From the IMG/VR virus record IMGVR_UViG_3300040985_001649, positions 1 to 34,726 of that record: DNA of 34,726 nucleotides. One strand, written 5' to 3'. This stretch comes from a virus. Lineage: Duplodnaviria > Caudoviricetes. Shown piece by piece: positions 1 through 8,057 of the stretch. The position numbers and the translations under genes were made by a program. Within the stretch, counting starts at the first letter, position 1. The number at the start of each line of letters is the position of its first letter. The notes beneath the pieces are model-generated. The model saw only the letters and a list, made by a program, of their open reading frames with translations. It was not told the DNA's origin and did no database searches.

Positions 1-58
1 AGCCGGCATACGAGATAGGAGTCCGTCTCGTGGGCTCGGAGATGTGTATAAGAGACAG
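1..58 (+). other. Illumina Nextera adapter (sequencing artefact)
   Basis: CGGCATACGAGAT (P7 tail, 4-16) + index AGGAGTCC (17-24) + GTCTCGTGGGCTCGG (25-39) + Tn5 mosaic end AGATGTGTATAAGAGACAG (40-58). Confidence 0.99.
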
Positions 59-182
59 ACCCCATGGGGGGGGAGGGGGGCAACAAGCGCGCATGCTGCC
101 CTGTGCTGCTGCGCCCTGTCCCACGTGTGAACCGGTAGGGGCCTGCCTCTCAGCCCAGCCAGGGAGGCCACCAGGACGCCCC

Positions 183-222
183 CTACTACTAGTGATTGAT
201 GCCTTGTCTAGTCTAGTAGTAG
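183..222. repeat. Perfect 10-bp inverted repeat with AT-richer 20-bp spacer
   Basis: CTACTACTAG (183-192) ... CTAGTAGTAG (213-222). Confidence 0.85.
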
Positions 223-230
223 AGGCCCCT

Positions 231-273
231 TGATCCACCCTGAACCACCTGTGATCCACCTGTGATCCACCTC
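231..273 (+). repeat. Four tandem 10-11 bp iteron-like repeats
   Basis: TGATCCACCC, TGAACCACCTG, TGATCCACCTG, TGATCCACCTC back to back. Confidence 0.85.
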
Positions 274-364
274 GGTACCAGTCCACAATGCCCACCACTA
301 CTGCACCCTGCCCCTCTACCCCTGTCCTGAACCACTACACCGGAGCCCTACACGGAACCACCCT

Positions 365-421
365 CACACACCAGTGGGACATTCTGCCCCACATGTGGGC
401 CATATGACCCACGGGTGTGTG
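365..421. repeat. 57-bp imperfect palindrome/hairpin
   Basis: Arm CACACACCAGTGGGACAT (365-382) matches the reverse complement of 404-421 at 16/18; perfect inner palindrome CCCACATGTGGG (388-399). Confidence 0.85.
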
Positions 422-555
422 TGTGGAGATTCTACCTATGGGGCACCGGTTCACCTCTACCGGTTCACGTCGCCCGACTCCCGGCACCTGCTGCCCCACA
501 ACGCAGGAACGGCGGGCCTTATCAGCCCGCCGCGTCTTGACGTGTCACCGGTTCC

Positions 556-599
556 GAGGTGGTGCAGAGGTGGTGTACCGGTGGTACCGGGTGGTTCCA
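556..599 (-). repeat. Four ~11-bp GGTGG repeats, inverted relative to the 231-273 array
   Basis: GAGGTGGTGCA, GAGGTGGTGTA, CCGGTGGTACC, GGGTGGTTCCA; the reverse complement of TGATCCACCTC is GAGGTGGATCA. Confidence 0.7.
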
Positions 600-770
600 C
601 TCGCTCGCCGTCTTTGCCGCCCACCACTACGTTATCGCGCCGCGCACCGGCTGGCAAGCACCAGCGCCCCACACCACCCCCTCAGGCCGTGCGGGGCGCC
701 CCCCTCAGGGATGGGCTGGCGGCCTCTTGCGTGAGCGCCGGCCCATGGTGATGCCGCGTGGTGCAGCAGG

Positions 771-1025
771 TCAGGTCGGGCCGCTTATCGGCCCGATGCC
801 GTACCTGTGCGGGTTCAGCCCCCGCGGCCCCACGCGCTTGCCTGGCGCCAGCTTGACCACCAGCCCGTCGGCCACCATCGAGGCCACTGCGTTGCGCATC
901 GTGGTCTCCCCCCACGGAAGGTCAGAGCAAAGGCGAGGCAAGGTCTGCGGCCCGTGGTGCTTGATCCGGCGCAGGATTGCGCCAGCAGCGACCTGCACGG
1001 CCGTGCGCTTCGGCTTGTCGCTCAA
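771..1025 (-). CDS. Small winged-helix DNA-binding protein (putative)
   Basis: AILRRIKHHGPQTLPRLCSDLPWGETTMRNAVASMVADGLVVK...HRYGI fits a wHTH pattern. TTG start at 1025 overlaps the upstream stop; the ORF track extends it to 1127. Confidence 0.6.
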   Translation of the reverse strand: MSDKPKRTAVQVAAGAILRRIKHHGPQTLPRLCSDLPWGETTMRNAVASMVADGLVVKLAPGKRVGPRGLNPHRYGIGPISGPT

Positions 1026-1114
1026 GGCCCTGTCATGCACAGCACGACCAGCACGCCGAAGACGGCCCCAACCAAGGTGAGCAGCACCCACTCTGCCTCC
1101 AGGTGAGCAGGCAT
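1022..1114 (-). CDS. 30-aa single-pass membrane peptide
   Basis: MPAHLEAEWVLLTLVGAVFGVLVVLCMTGP; ATG overlaps the upstream stop (TGATG) and its stop overlaps the next start. Confidence 0.5.
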   Translation of the reverse strand: MPAHLEAEWVLLTLVGAVFGVLVVLCMTGP

Positions 1115-1470
1115 CAGCCCCCCTCATGGGGCGCCGGAATCACACCTGGCATCACCTGCAGCCCATCAACCGCCACCCTGACTGCGGGGTCTGCCATCAG
1201 CAGGTCGGCGTCGCGCGTCCAGTCGATGCCGGCGAGGCTCAGTAGCGCCCCCGTCGCCTCGCTGAATGCACCAGCCCAGCACAGCGCGAACCCTGAGGCC
1301 CGGTGTGTGACGGTCCACCACGTGCCGATGGTATCGCGGTTGACCGCAAGCCCTGGCACTGCGGCGGCCTCGACTCCTGCGGCCGTTATTTCGGCCGGGT
1401 TGTCGGTGTCGCCTGACAGGACGGTGAGCAGGACGGGCAGCCATTCGGCGGTATCAACATACAGGGACAT
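1114..1470 (-). CDS. Hypothetical phage protein
   Basis: MSLYVDTAEWL... start with a GGAG RBS upstream; contains WTVTHRASG; protein-like composition. Confidence 0.65.
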   Translation of the reverse strand: MSLYVDTAEWLPVLLTVLSGDTDNPAEITAAGVEAAAVPGLAVNRDTIGTWWTVTHRASGFALCWAGAFSEATGALLSLAGIDWTRDADLLMADPAVRVAVDGLQVMPGVIPAPHEGG

Positions 1471-1579
1471 GCGGACTCCATGCAGAGGGGTGCCCCTGGG
1501 ATGCACTGACCGGGTGAGGCAGATGCGAACCCAGCCACCAGGGGCAGAAGGTACAGAACGCGGGTGCAACGCCGCTATG

Positions 1580-1614
1580 GTTACTGCGTAACAGTATGGC
1601 GCAGTTCATGTCAA
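1580..1614 (-). promoter_or_regulatory. Putative promoter with palindromic operator
   Basis: Consensus TTGACA on minus (1609-1614); dyad GTTAC-TGC-GTAAC (1580-1592) lies over the expected -10/start region; -10 element is unclear. Confidence 0.45.
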
Positions 1615-3689
1615 GTGCCCGCGCCCACCTCGTCCGTCAGTAGGACGATCATGCGCATGCGGCGGCCCCGCTTGAGCGCCGGCTGCCCGTCGGTTGGGCG
1701 GGGCACCAGGATACGGTGCCTGCCCTTCTCGGTCTTAATCCACCCGCGCTGTGCCCATTCTCGGATGATCGAGTCTGGAGTGCCGAAGCCGCGGGCGGTC
1801 AACTCGGCGAACAGCAATTCGGGAATGAATGCGATCTCCCCGTCCTTCTCCCACACGCCGAGCCAGCTCTGGCTCGGGCCGCGCGCTGACCTGCCGACGA
1901 ATCGGTGCGCCTGCGCCCATGCCCACGATTCGGCATACTCAGCCGCCCGCCTGGCCCGGTCATCGGCGCCGCCAACGAGCTGGATCTGCTGCCAGAGCCA
2001 TGCTGGCACGTCGCACTTCGGCTCTTTGACCTCACAGAATCCGTGCACGATCTGGGCGGCGGTGTCGATTACGGCCATGTAGTCGGCAAGGGACCTCACC
2101 ACGCTGTTGCCGAGGCCCTTCCACAGCTCGGCCCGGCGTGCCCGGTACCAGTCGCGCAGCTCCAGCCGCCGCTCGTCCGTCATGTCCACCAGGGCCTGCA
2201 CAGCCCGCGGGTACAGGTGCCCATAGTGCTCAGAGAGCACGGCGCGGATGTTGGTGGAGTCCTCAGCGGTGCGGACGCCAACGTGGCGCAGTTCGAGGAT
2301 GCGGCGGCGCACCCCGTCGTGCGGGCTCCACGCCGTGATCCCCTCCTCAGAGGTGGACAGCAGCACGGTTCGCCAGGAGTCCACGTGCGACATGCCCAGC
2401 CGGCCCAGGGCGCCCTTTGCCCTGCCTGCCCCGCTGATGATGGCGTAGAGCAGCGCGCCTGCCTCCTGGTGGCGGCTGGGCGCTACCAGTTGCCCCTCGT
2501 CCAGACACGTCACCATGTCGCACCGGACGCCCACGCCCGATTCGGTGCCAGCAAGCGAGCCATCCCAGCCAGCCATCACGGCGCCCTTTGCCGGCTTGCC
2601 CAGCGTCGAGGCGGCCAGCTCGAGCACGGTGCTCTTGCCTGATCCGCTCTGGCCTGCGAAGTCGATCCCGAAGTTGGGTGCGCCGAGGATGCGCAGCAGC
2701 GGTGCGGCGACGGCGGCGTAGATGGCCACCCACGGCGCCGGCTGGTCGCTGATGATGTCCAGGGCCACCTGCCACCCCTCCCACGTGCCCTCAGGCCGCA
2801 CAGCGTCGGCAAACTGATCGGCGCCCGCGCTCTGCGTCGCAAAGCTGACCCGGTGAGCCGGCTCCTCGCCCTCATAGATGCAGGTCTTGCCCAGCAGGTA
2901 GAAGCGGGCGGTCTCACCCACCCACCCACAGCGGGCCGCGCTCCAATCCGAGGGCATGCCCGGCTGCTGGTCGAGGCAGGTCAGCCACTCGACCACCCTC
3001 CGCGACGTCGCCGAGCTCACCGGCAGGCCCTGGTCGGCCAGGCGGACGAGGGCGCGGGAGTCCAGGGCGGTGGAGCGCGGCACGATGGCCGTCTGCCACC
3101 TGCGGCCGTTCCACCACGCCAACTCCACGGAATAGGTCTCGTCGTCGGCGTCGCGCAACTTGCGGGTGATGAGCACGGGCAGGCCCACGGCTTCGCTGGC
3201 GGTGCCCTGCGGTGTGTTCTTGGTCCGCGACAGTTGGGTGGGCCCGAGGTGCCACGGCGCGGGCACCACGACCCCTGCCGGGTACTCTGGCCAGTCCACG
3301 GCGGCGCGCACTTCGAGCTCTTCGCCCTCACCGACCAGCCGAAGCGCCTTTTTGACGTCATCGCGCCGGGCCTGCGCCAACCGGGTGCGCAGTTGGTCGC
3401 TCATCCTAGTGGTGAGCACGCCAGCCAACCGCATCAGCTCGGCCTCGATCTCTGCCCCCCGGTCGATGCTGGACAGCATCACGGCACGGAACCGCGGCGG
3501 GTCTTGGTAGAGGTCTACCAGGGGCTTGGTGCGCTGGGCGCTGGGGGCGTCCTCCTCGATGGTGGCGATGGCGTCAACCACGGCGGCGAGTGTTCGCACC
3601 CCATCGGGCCTGCTCACCACTTCGCCTAGGTCGGACAGGGCGTCAGCCCCGTACAGCTTCATCACTTCGTCTGCATCACGGACGGCCAT
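1611..3689 (-). CDS. DUF927-domain replicative helicase (primase-associated AAA+ ATPase)
   Basis: DUF927-like LADQGLPV...CGWV segment, Walker A GQSGSGKST, Walker B CLDE, GxGR and LLSTSE motifs. ATG at 3689 overlaps the primase stop (TGATG); the track start is 3716. Confidence 0.85.
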   Translation of the reverse strand: MAVRDADEVMKLYGADALSDLGEVVSRPDGVRTLAAVVDAIATIEEDAPSAQRTKPLVDLYQDPPRFRAVMLSSIDRGAEIEAELMRLAGVLTTRMSDQLRTRLAQARRDDVKKALRLVGEGEELEVRAAVDWPEYPAGVVVPAPWHLGPTQLSRTKNTPQGTASEAVGLPVLITRKLRDADDETYSVELAWWNGRRWQTAIVPRSTALDSRALVRLADQGLPVSSATSRRVVEWLTCLDQQPGMPSDWSAARCGWVGETARFYLLGKTCIYEGEEPAHRVSFATQSAGADQFADAVRPEGTWEGWQVALDIISDQPAPWVAIYAAVAAPLLRILGAPNFGIDFAGQSGSGKSTVLELAASTLGKPAKGAVMAGWDGSLAGTESGVGVRCDMVTCLDEGQLVAPSRHQEAGALLYAIISGAGRAKGALGRLGMSHVDSWRTVLLSTSEEGITAWSPHDGVRRRILELRHVGVRTAEDSTNIRAVLSEHYGHLYPRAVQALVDMTDERRLELRDWYRARRAELWKGLGNSVVRSLADYMAVIDTAAQIVHGFCEVKEPKCDVPAWLWQQIQLVGGADDRARRAAEYAESWAWAQAHRFVGRSARGPSQSWLGVWEKDGEIAFIPELLFAELTARGFGTPDSIIREWAQRGWIKTEKGRHRILVPRPTDGQPALKRGRRMRMIVLLTDEVGAGT

Positions 3690-4636
3690 CAGGCTCTCCA
3701 GCGGGAAATTGTGCATCTGTCGTCGAGCGTCCTGGCCACCTGCTCAGCGTACCGCTCGCCTGCCTTGTCGGCGTCTGTGGCGAGCACGACCCGGGCCCCG
3801 TCAGGCACCCGGTCGGCGTGTTGTGGCGTCCACCATCCCGACCCGATCCCAATGACCGCGGCGCCCGGCTTGGCGGCGCTCCATGCCAGGAAGGCCGGCT
3901 CGCCCTCGGTGATGATGACCACTCTCGGGCGCTGCTTGCCCTGCAGCATCAGCACGGCGTCGCGGTTGGCCAGGACGAGGCCCGCGCCGGCGCAGCCAGT
4001 GGGGCCCACAGCCTTGGGCCCATCGCCGGGTCGGATGCGCCGAGCTCGCCACCCGCGGTGATGGCCCATCGCATCCCACGTCGGAAAGAGAGCGCGCAGG
4101 CCCTGGTCGTACCAGCCCCGGCCGCGGAGCCGCATCCAGCCGAAGCGGGCCGAGGGGCACAGCGCGCGCACCAGGCCGACAGCTCGCGGCGACGGGTCAG
4201 GGCCCAGCCGGTCAGCGAGCCAGAGCATCACGGCGCGGTCTCGATGGGCGGGCATCGTCCTGGCCACGCTGTCGTCGATCTCGTTGCGCGGCACCATCAG
4301 CAGCGGCGGGGCTTCGGGCATGGCGGCAGCGCTGGCGGTGGTGTTGCCCCATCCGTTCCACTCGCGGACCACCTTCTGGCCGTTGTAGCGGTCGCCAGCG
4401 AGGCAGAACGCGACGGCGTCGATTGCGTCGCCCCACTCTTCGCACGACCAGCACCGCCACCGGCCCGACCTTGTGACGGTTGCGGGCAGCCGCTTGTCGC
4501 CATCACCACGTCGCTGGGCCTTGCACGCTGGGCAGACCAGAGAGGTGCGGCGCCCCATTCGGACAGCCAATCCCAGAGCGGCGGCCACCTGGTGGATGGG
4601 TGTCTGGCGGGCCTCTTCGAGCCATGAGGTGGTCAC
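3689..4636 (-). CDS. DNA primase (N-terminal zinc finger + TOPRIM)
   Basis: CPAC...WRCWSC...GDAID zinc-binding domain; TOPRIM IITEGE and LATDADKAG motifs; directly upstream of the DUF927 helicase. Confidence 0.85.
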   Translation of the reverse strand: MTTSWLEEARQTPIHQVAAALGLAVRMGRRTSLVCPACKAQRRGDGDKRLPATVTRSGRWRCWSCEEWGDAIDAVAFCLAGDRYNGQKVVREWNGWGNTTASAAAMPEAPPLLMVPRNEIDDSVARTMPAHRDRAVMLWLADRLGPDPSPRAVGLVRALCPSARFGWMRLRGRGWYDQGLRALFPTWDAMGHHRGWRARRIRPGDGPKAVGPTGCAGAGLVLANRDAVLMLQGKQRPRVVIITEGEPAFLAWSAAKPGAAVIGIGSGWWTPQHADRVPDGARVVLATDADKAGERYAEQVARTLDDRCTISRWRA

Positions 4637-6492
4637 GAAGCACCGCCAAAGAGGTCGGCCTGCTCACCGCCGATCAGGGCCTTGTCGCGCATCGCGTCGA
4701 TCTTGATCGCCCTCTCGCACACAAGCCGGGCTCGGGCGTCGGGCTCAAAGTTGCACGTTACCCACTCGCTCTGCTGCTTGCTAAACGTGCGCTTTTGGCC
4801 CACCCGCATCGCCGTAATCTCGACCGCGTGCCAGCCGTCCGCCATCAGTTCGGGGATGGGCTCGGCCTCGGACACCATGCACCGGGCGCCAGCGTCGGAC
4901 CATCGGCGGATAGTCGCGACCTGCTCATTCCGTGCGAAGACGTTGGCATATCCGGTGGTGTTTTCGTAGGGGCCATCCATGTAGACGAGCACATCGCGCA
5001 GGTTTACGTGGCCCCCACCGTATGGTATGGTGGCACTACAACAAAGGAGCCCCCCATGGAATGGCGAACCATCGCAGAAGCCCCCGAGTACCGCGTCAGC
5101 AGCGCCGGAGAGATCCGGTCCACCTACACGAATCGGCCATTGACTGGAGGGCGAGACAAAGACGGATACCGGAGGCTCGTTCTCTGCACAGCCGGCGGCC
5201 GAATCCACCGACGATTCAGCGCCCTTGTCTGCGCGGCGTTCCACGGAGCCCGGCCCGTCGGGGCAGTTGTGCGCCATCTTGACGGCACCAGAGACAATGA
5301 CAGGGCCGACAACCTCGCATGGGGCACCCAAGCCGAGAACATCGCAGACAAGGCCCTGCACGGCACCGACCAGAGGGGAGAGCGCCATCCGCGCGCGAAG
5401 GTCACCGAGGACGACGTGCGGGCCATCCGCGCCAGCATTGAGCCCCTTCGTGTTCTCGCTGACCGGTACGGGGTGGCGCCTTGCAGTATCAGCGCAATCC
5501 GGCACCGGCGCAACTGGGCTCACGTCGAGTAGCCCCAACACGCCCCACGGGTCGAGCGTGCGGGCGTCGTCGTGGATGGTGGAGGGGAGGCCGCGCGGGT
5601 CGCGCTCCGTGGCCGTGGCCGTGGCCGTGGCCGTGGTGTCTTGTCTGCGCTCGCCCGGCCCGACAAAACCGGTGCGCACGTTGCCTTGTTCATACGACCA
5701 GACCGCGCGCTGAATCCACCGCCCAACCTCCCGCGCATCCACCGGCGGGCACACCGCGGGCCCCTCCGCCCGCAACCGTTCCCACAACGCCCGCGGGTCT
5801 TCGTCTGCCCAGGACCGGATGATGGCCGCCGCCTCTCTGGCCAACTTCGCATCCCGGTAGGCGTGCAACAGCAGGCGCGCCCCATCGTCCGGCTCGCAAA
5901 AAATGTACCGCTCTGCCTTGTCGCCCGGCTGGAGCCCAGCCAGCGCCAGAATCACGTCAGCGTAGCCGGATTTGCTGCCCATCCGTGAGACGGGCGGTCG
6001 TGCTTTGGCCCGCTCAAGTCGCAAAGACAGGGCAGCGGTGCCGGCGCACAGTTCGACCAGGAGCGGGATGGCGCACTGGCGGGGCGGTGGTGTCGTGGTG
6101 AGTAGGTCGGGCATGGTTTCGCTATCCGGATGTATTGGTGGACACGCCCATCGATCGCGCATTGTGTCGTCCCCAACGAGAACGCGAGAGATCCCGCGGG
6201 GGCTGGCGTTACACTTGCTACTGATCCCCTTTGGGGCAGGCATGAACCGATCAGCGGCGGGGCCTTTATTGCCTGCCACAAACAGCCACCGCGCCACCTC
6301 TCGCGCATCGACACCCATCGCCATCTCCTCGAATGCGTCGGCCAGTTTGCCGATCGGTGTGCAGAACTCAGCCCCGCCGAATGTGGAGCCGCCCGCGCCC
6401 GTGTTGCGCCATGTCCGCGAGTCCAGGCTAATCAGCCGGTTGGCGGTCACGATGCGCGCCCATCTGGCCACTTCTCGCGGGCCGACCCTCAT
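4633..6492 (-). CDS. Dam/D12-like N6-adenine DNA methyltransferase with extra TRD-like segments and a ~180-aa antisense-HNH-derived insert
   Basis: [10 protein letters not shown] (SAM-binding motif I), [14 protein letters not shown] (motif X-like), IFCEPD (motif II), VLVYMDGPY (DPPY-like motif IV), MVSE, EWVTCNF C-terminal motif; ATGA overlaps with both neighbours. Confidence 0.8.
   Translation of the reverse strand: MRVGPREVARWARIVTANRLISLDSRTWRNTGAGGSTFGGAEFCTPIGKLADAFEEMAMGVDAREVARWLFVAGNKGPAADRFMPAPKGISSKCNASPRGISRVLVGDDTMRDRWACPPIHPDSETMPDLLTTTPPPRQCAIPLLVELCAGTAALSLRLERAKARPPVSRMGSKSGYADVILALAGLQPGDKAERYIFCEPDDGARLLLHAYRDAKLAREAAAIIRSWADEDPRALWERLRAEGPAVCPPVDAREVGRWIQRAVWSYEQGNVRTGFVGPGERRQDTTATATATATERDPRGLPSTIHDDARTLDPWGVLGLLDVSPVAPVPDCADTARRHPVPVSENTKGLNAGADGPHVVLGDLRARMALSPLVGAVQGLVCDVLGLGAPCEVVGPVIVSGAVKMAHNCPDGPGSVERRADKGAESSVDSAAGCAENEPPVSVFVSPSSQWPIRVGGPDLSGAADAVLGGFCDGSPFHGGLLCCSATIPYGGGHVNLRDVLVYMDGPYENTTGYANVFARNEQVATIRRWSDAGARCMVSEAEPIPELMADGWHAVEITAMRVGQKRTFSKQQSEWVTCNFEPDARARLVCERAIKIDAMRDKALIGGEQADLFGGAS
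5003..5049 (+). promoter_or_regulatory. Sigma70-like promoter and RBS of the nested HNH gene
   Basis: TTTACG (5003-5008), 17 bp spacer, TATGGT (5026-5031) with extended -10 TG; AAAGGAG ahead of the ATG at 5056. Confidence 0.7.
5056..5532 (+). CDS. NUMOD4-HNH homing endonuclease with C-terminal HTH
   Basis: MEWRTI...[11 protein letters not shown]...GYRRLVL (NUMOD4); [23 protein letters not shown] (HNH); [18 protein letters not shown]...LADRYGV..SISAIR..NW (HTH); strong RBS. Confidence 0.92.
   Translation: MEWRTIAEAPEYRVSSAGEIRSTYTNRPLTGGRDKDGYRRLVLCTAGGRIHRRFSALVCAAFHGARPVGAVVRHLDGTRDNDRADNLAWGTQAENIADKALHGTDQRGERHPRAKVTEDDVRAIRASIEPLRVLADRYGVAPCSISAIRHRRNWAHVE
5607..5636. repeat. (CCGTGG)5 in-frame hexamer tandem repeat
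   Basis: Five perfect copies; encodes the TATATATAT stretch of the methyltransferase. Confidence 0.95.
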
Positions 6493-8057
6493 GCCGTCTT
6501 CTTCTTGAGGCGGTCAATGCGCCGGCCCAGCTTGTGCACAGACTTGCACGCAGCTTCACCGGGCACGTCGCCGCCCACCCGAAGCGCGCCAGGGTCCCAC
6601 TGCAGGCGCCACGGCTCGGACTGGCCCAACCGTCCAGCCTCGACTCGGGCCCACCTCGACCCGCCGTAGAGCACGTCGAGCAGGTCTGCCACCTGGCCAC
6701 GGGTCAGCACCCACGGCACCTTCGATAGGGCCTTGATTGGGTCGCGGCACTCGCCCGGTATGTGCCGGGTCAGCTTCGACGCGCCCTTGACCGCTGCGAC
6801 TTGTTTGGCAGAGACCGGCGCGAGTTGCCAGCCACCAGGGGCCACCGTCCGCGGTGGGCAGATCCCGGCCCGCTCCAGCTCAGCCCGGGCGCGGCGCAGG
6901 TACGCCAGCAGCACGTCGAGTGCCAGCGCTTCGTCCTCGCGCGGCTCCGTCGGCCCACGTGCGGCGGTGGGCTCTGCGGCCTCGGCCTCGGCAGCCTCCT
7001 CCATGGCCTGCCCGATGGCTTCCGGTGTCGTCCACCCAAACCGGCCCAGGAGCAGGTGAGGGTCGAGCACCACCCCGTCGGTCTTCGTTCCCCATTGCGG
7101 GTCAGGTTCACGGTCGACCCGCAGCACCCGGCCGACTTCCTGAAGGAAGCGCACAGACGCCTGCACATTTCGCCTCAGGCAGAGCCACCGGAGCCAGGGC
7201 AGGTCGACACCCTCAGAGAGCAGAGCCACGTGCACGATGGCGCGCAGTTGGCCGGTGCGTAGCCTCTCCAGCCGTGCGTCCTGCTCGGTCGTCGTCAGCC
7301 TGCTGTGGACGGCCTCAGCGGGCCAACCGTTGGCGGTGAGCCATTCGGCGTGCTCTTCGGCGTCGTCGATGCTGGTGGCGGACGTGATGCCGGGCCCGTC
7401 GGCGTGTTCGTTCATCATTGCCAGGCACGCCTCGTCAATCGGCACGCCGTCGCTGCCCTGCCAGCGCTCGACTCTGGGCGGCACCAGCACGCGGTCGCGC
7501 ACGGCGTCCTCGATGCCATACCGGTAGTGAACGCAGTCGAAGAGACTCACCGTCTGCGTGGGCACCGACCGAAAGGGCGTCGCGGTGAACCCGACCAGGG
7601 CGGCGGGCTTCAACTCGGGCACCGTGTCCCGCACGCTGGCGGCCTCAGACCGGTGGGCCTCGTCCACGATGAGCAGGGCCACCCGCTTGCCCAGGCTGGC
7701 AAGTTCCACGTGGAGCGTGGGCAGGGAGTTGTTGCAGCAGACGATGACGGGCCGCACTTGCTTCTTCTTGCCGTACCACCGGCCCACGCGACCCCGGCCC
7801 AGCCGCCCGGCCATCGTGTCGGCGAGCTGGTCGACCAGCCGCTGCCGGGGTGCGCAGACGATGATTACTCGGTCGCCCAGGTTGGCGTGGGCCATGCGTA
7901 CCAGTTCGGCCTGGAGTATGGACTTTCCGGCGCCCATCACCGCGCAGACGATGCCGCGGCGCTTCTTGCGCACGTTGCCGATGATGATGGGCAGGGCCTT
8001 GGCTTGCCAGTCGCGAGGGGGCCACTCTGCGCCCTGCCAGGGGATGATCTCAGCCAT
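6489..8057 (-). CDS. Superfamily 2 DEAH/ResIII-like helicase
   Basis: PRDWQ (Q motif), MGAGKS, IVDEAH, GFTATP, LSEGVDLP, QEVGRVLR. Confidence 0.93.
   Translation of the reverse strand: MAEIIPWQGAEWPPRDWQAKALPIIIGNVRKKRRGIVCAVMGAGKSILQAELVRMAHANLGDRVIIVCAPRQRLVDQLADTMAGRLGRGRVGRWYGKKKQVRPVIVCCNNSLPTLHVELASLGKRVALLIVDEAHRSEAASVRDTVPELKPAALVGFTATPFRSVPTQTVSLFDCVHYRYGIEDAVRDRVLVPPRVERWQGSDGVPIDEACLAMMNEHADGPGITSATSIDDAEEHAEWLTANGWPAEAVHSRLTTTEQDARLERLRTGQLRAIVHVALLSEGVDLPWLRWLCLRRNVQASVRFLQEVGRVLRVDREPDPQWGTKTDGVVLDPHLLLGRFGWTTPEAIGQAMEEAAEAEAAEPTAARGPTEPREDEALALDVLLAYLRRARAELERAGICPPRTVAPGGWQLAPVSAKQVAAVKGASKLTRHIPGECRDPIKALSKVPWVLTRGQVADLLDVLYGGSRWARVEAGRLGQSEPWRLQWDPGALRVGGDVPGEAACKSVHKLGRRIDRLKKKTA

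Noticed and set aside
40-58. Tn5 mosaic end as evidence of a transposon
   Set aside because: Part of the library adapter; no transposase or partner end.
30-233. 67-aa ORF MGSEMCIRDR...
   Set aside because: Starts inside the Nextera adapter; a well-known artefact peptide.
231-273. Possible CRISPR array
   Set aside because: Repeats are 10-11 bp with no spacers and no cas genes.
4480-5055. N-terminal extension of the HNH ORF (350 aa in the track)
   Set aside because: Mirror-frame shadow of the MTase/primase region; promoter, RBS and the NUMOD4 start all point to ATG 5056.
4996-5545. Intein or group I intron carrying the HNH
   Set aside because: The HNH is on the opposite strand, there are no C/S...HN-C/S/T intein ends, and only tens of flanking bases exist, too few for an intron core.
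4633-6492. MTase + HNH as a Type II restriction-modification pair
   Set aside because: NUMOD4-HNH-HTH architecture is that of homing endonucleases, and the gene looks inserted; not formally excluded.
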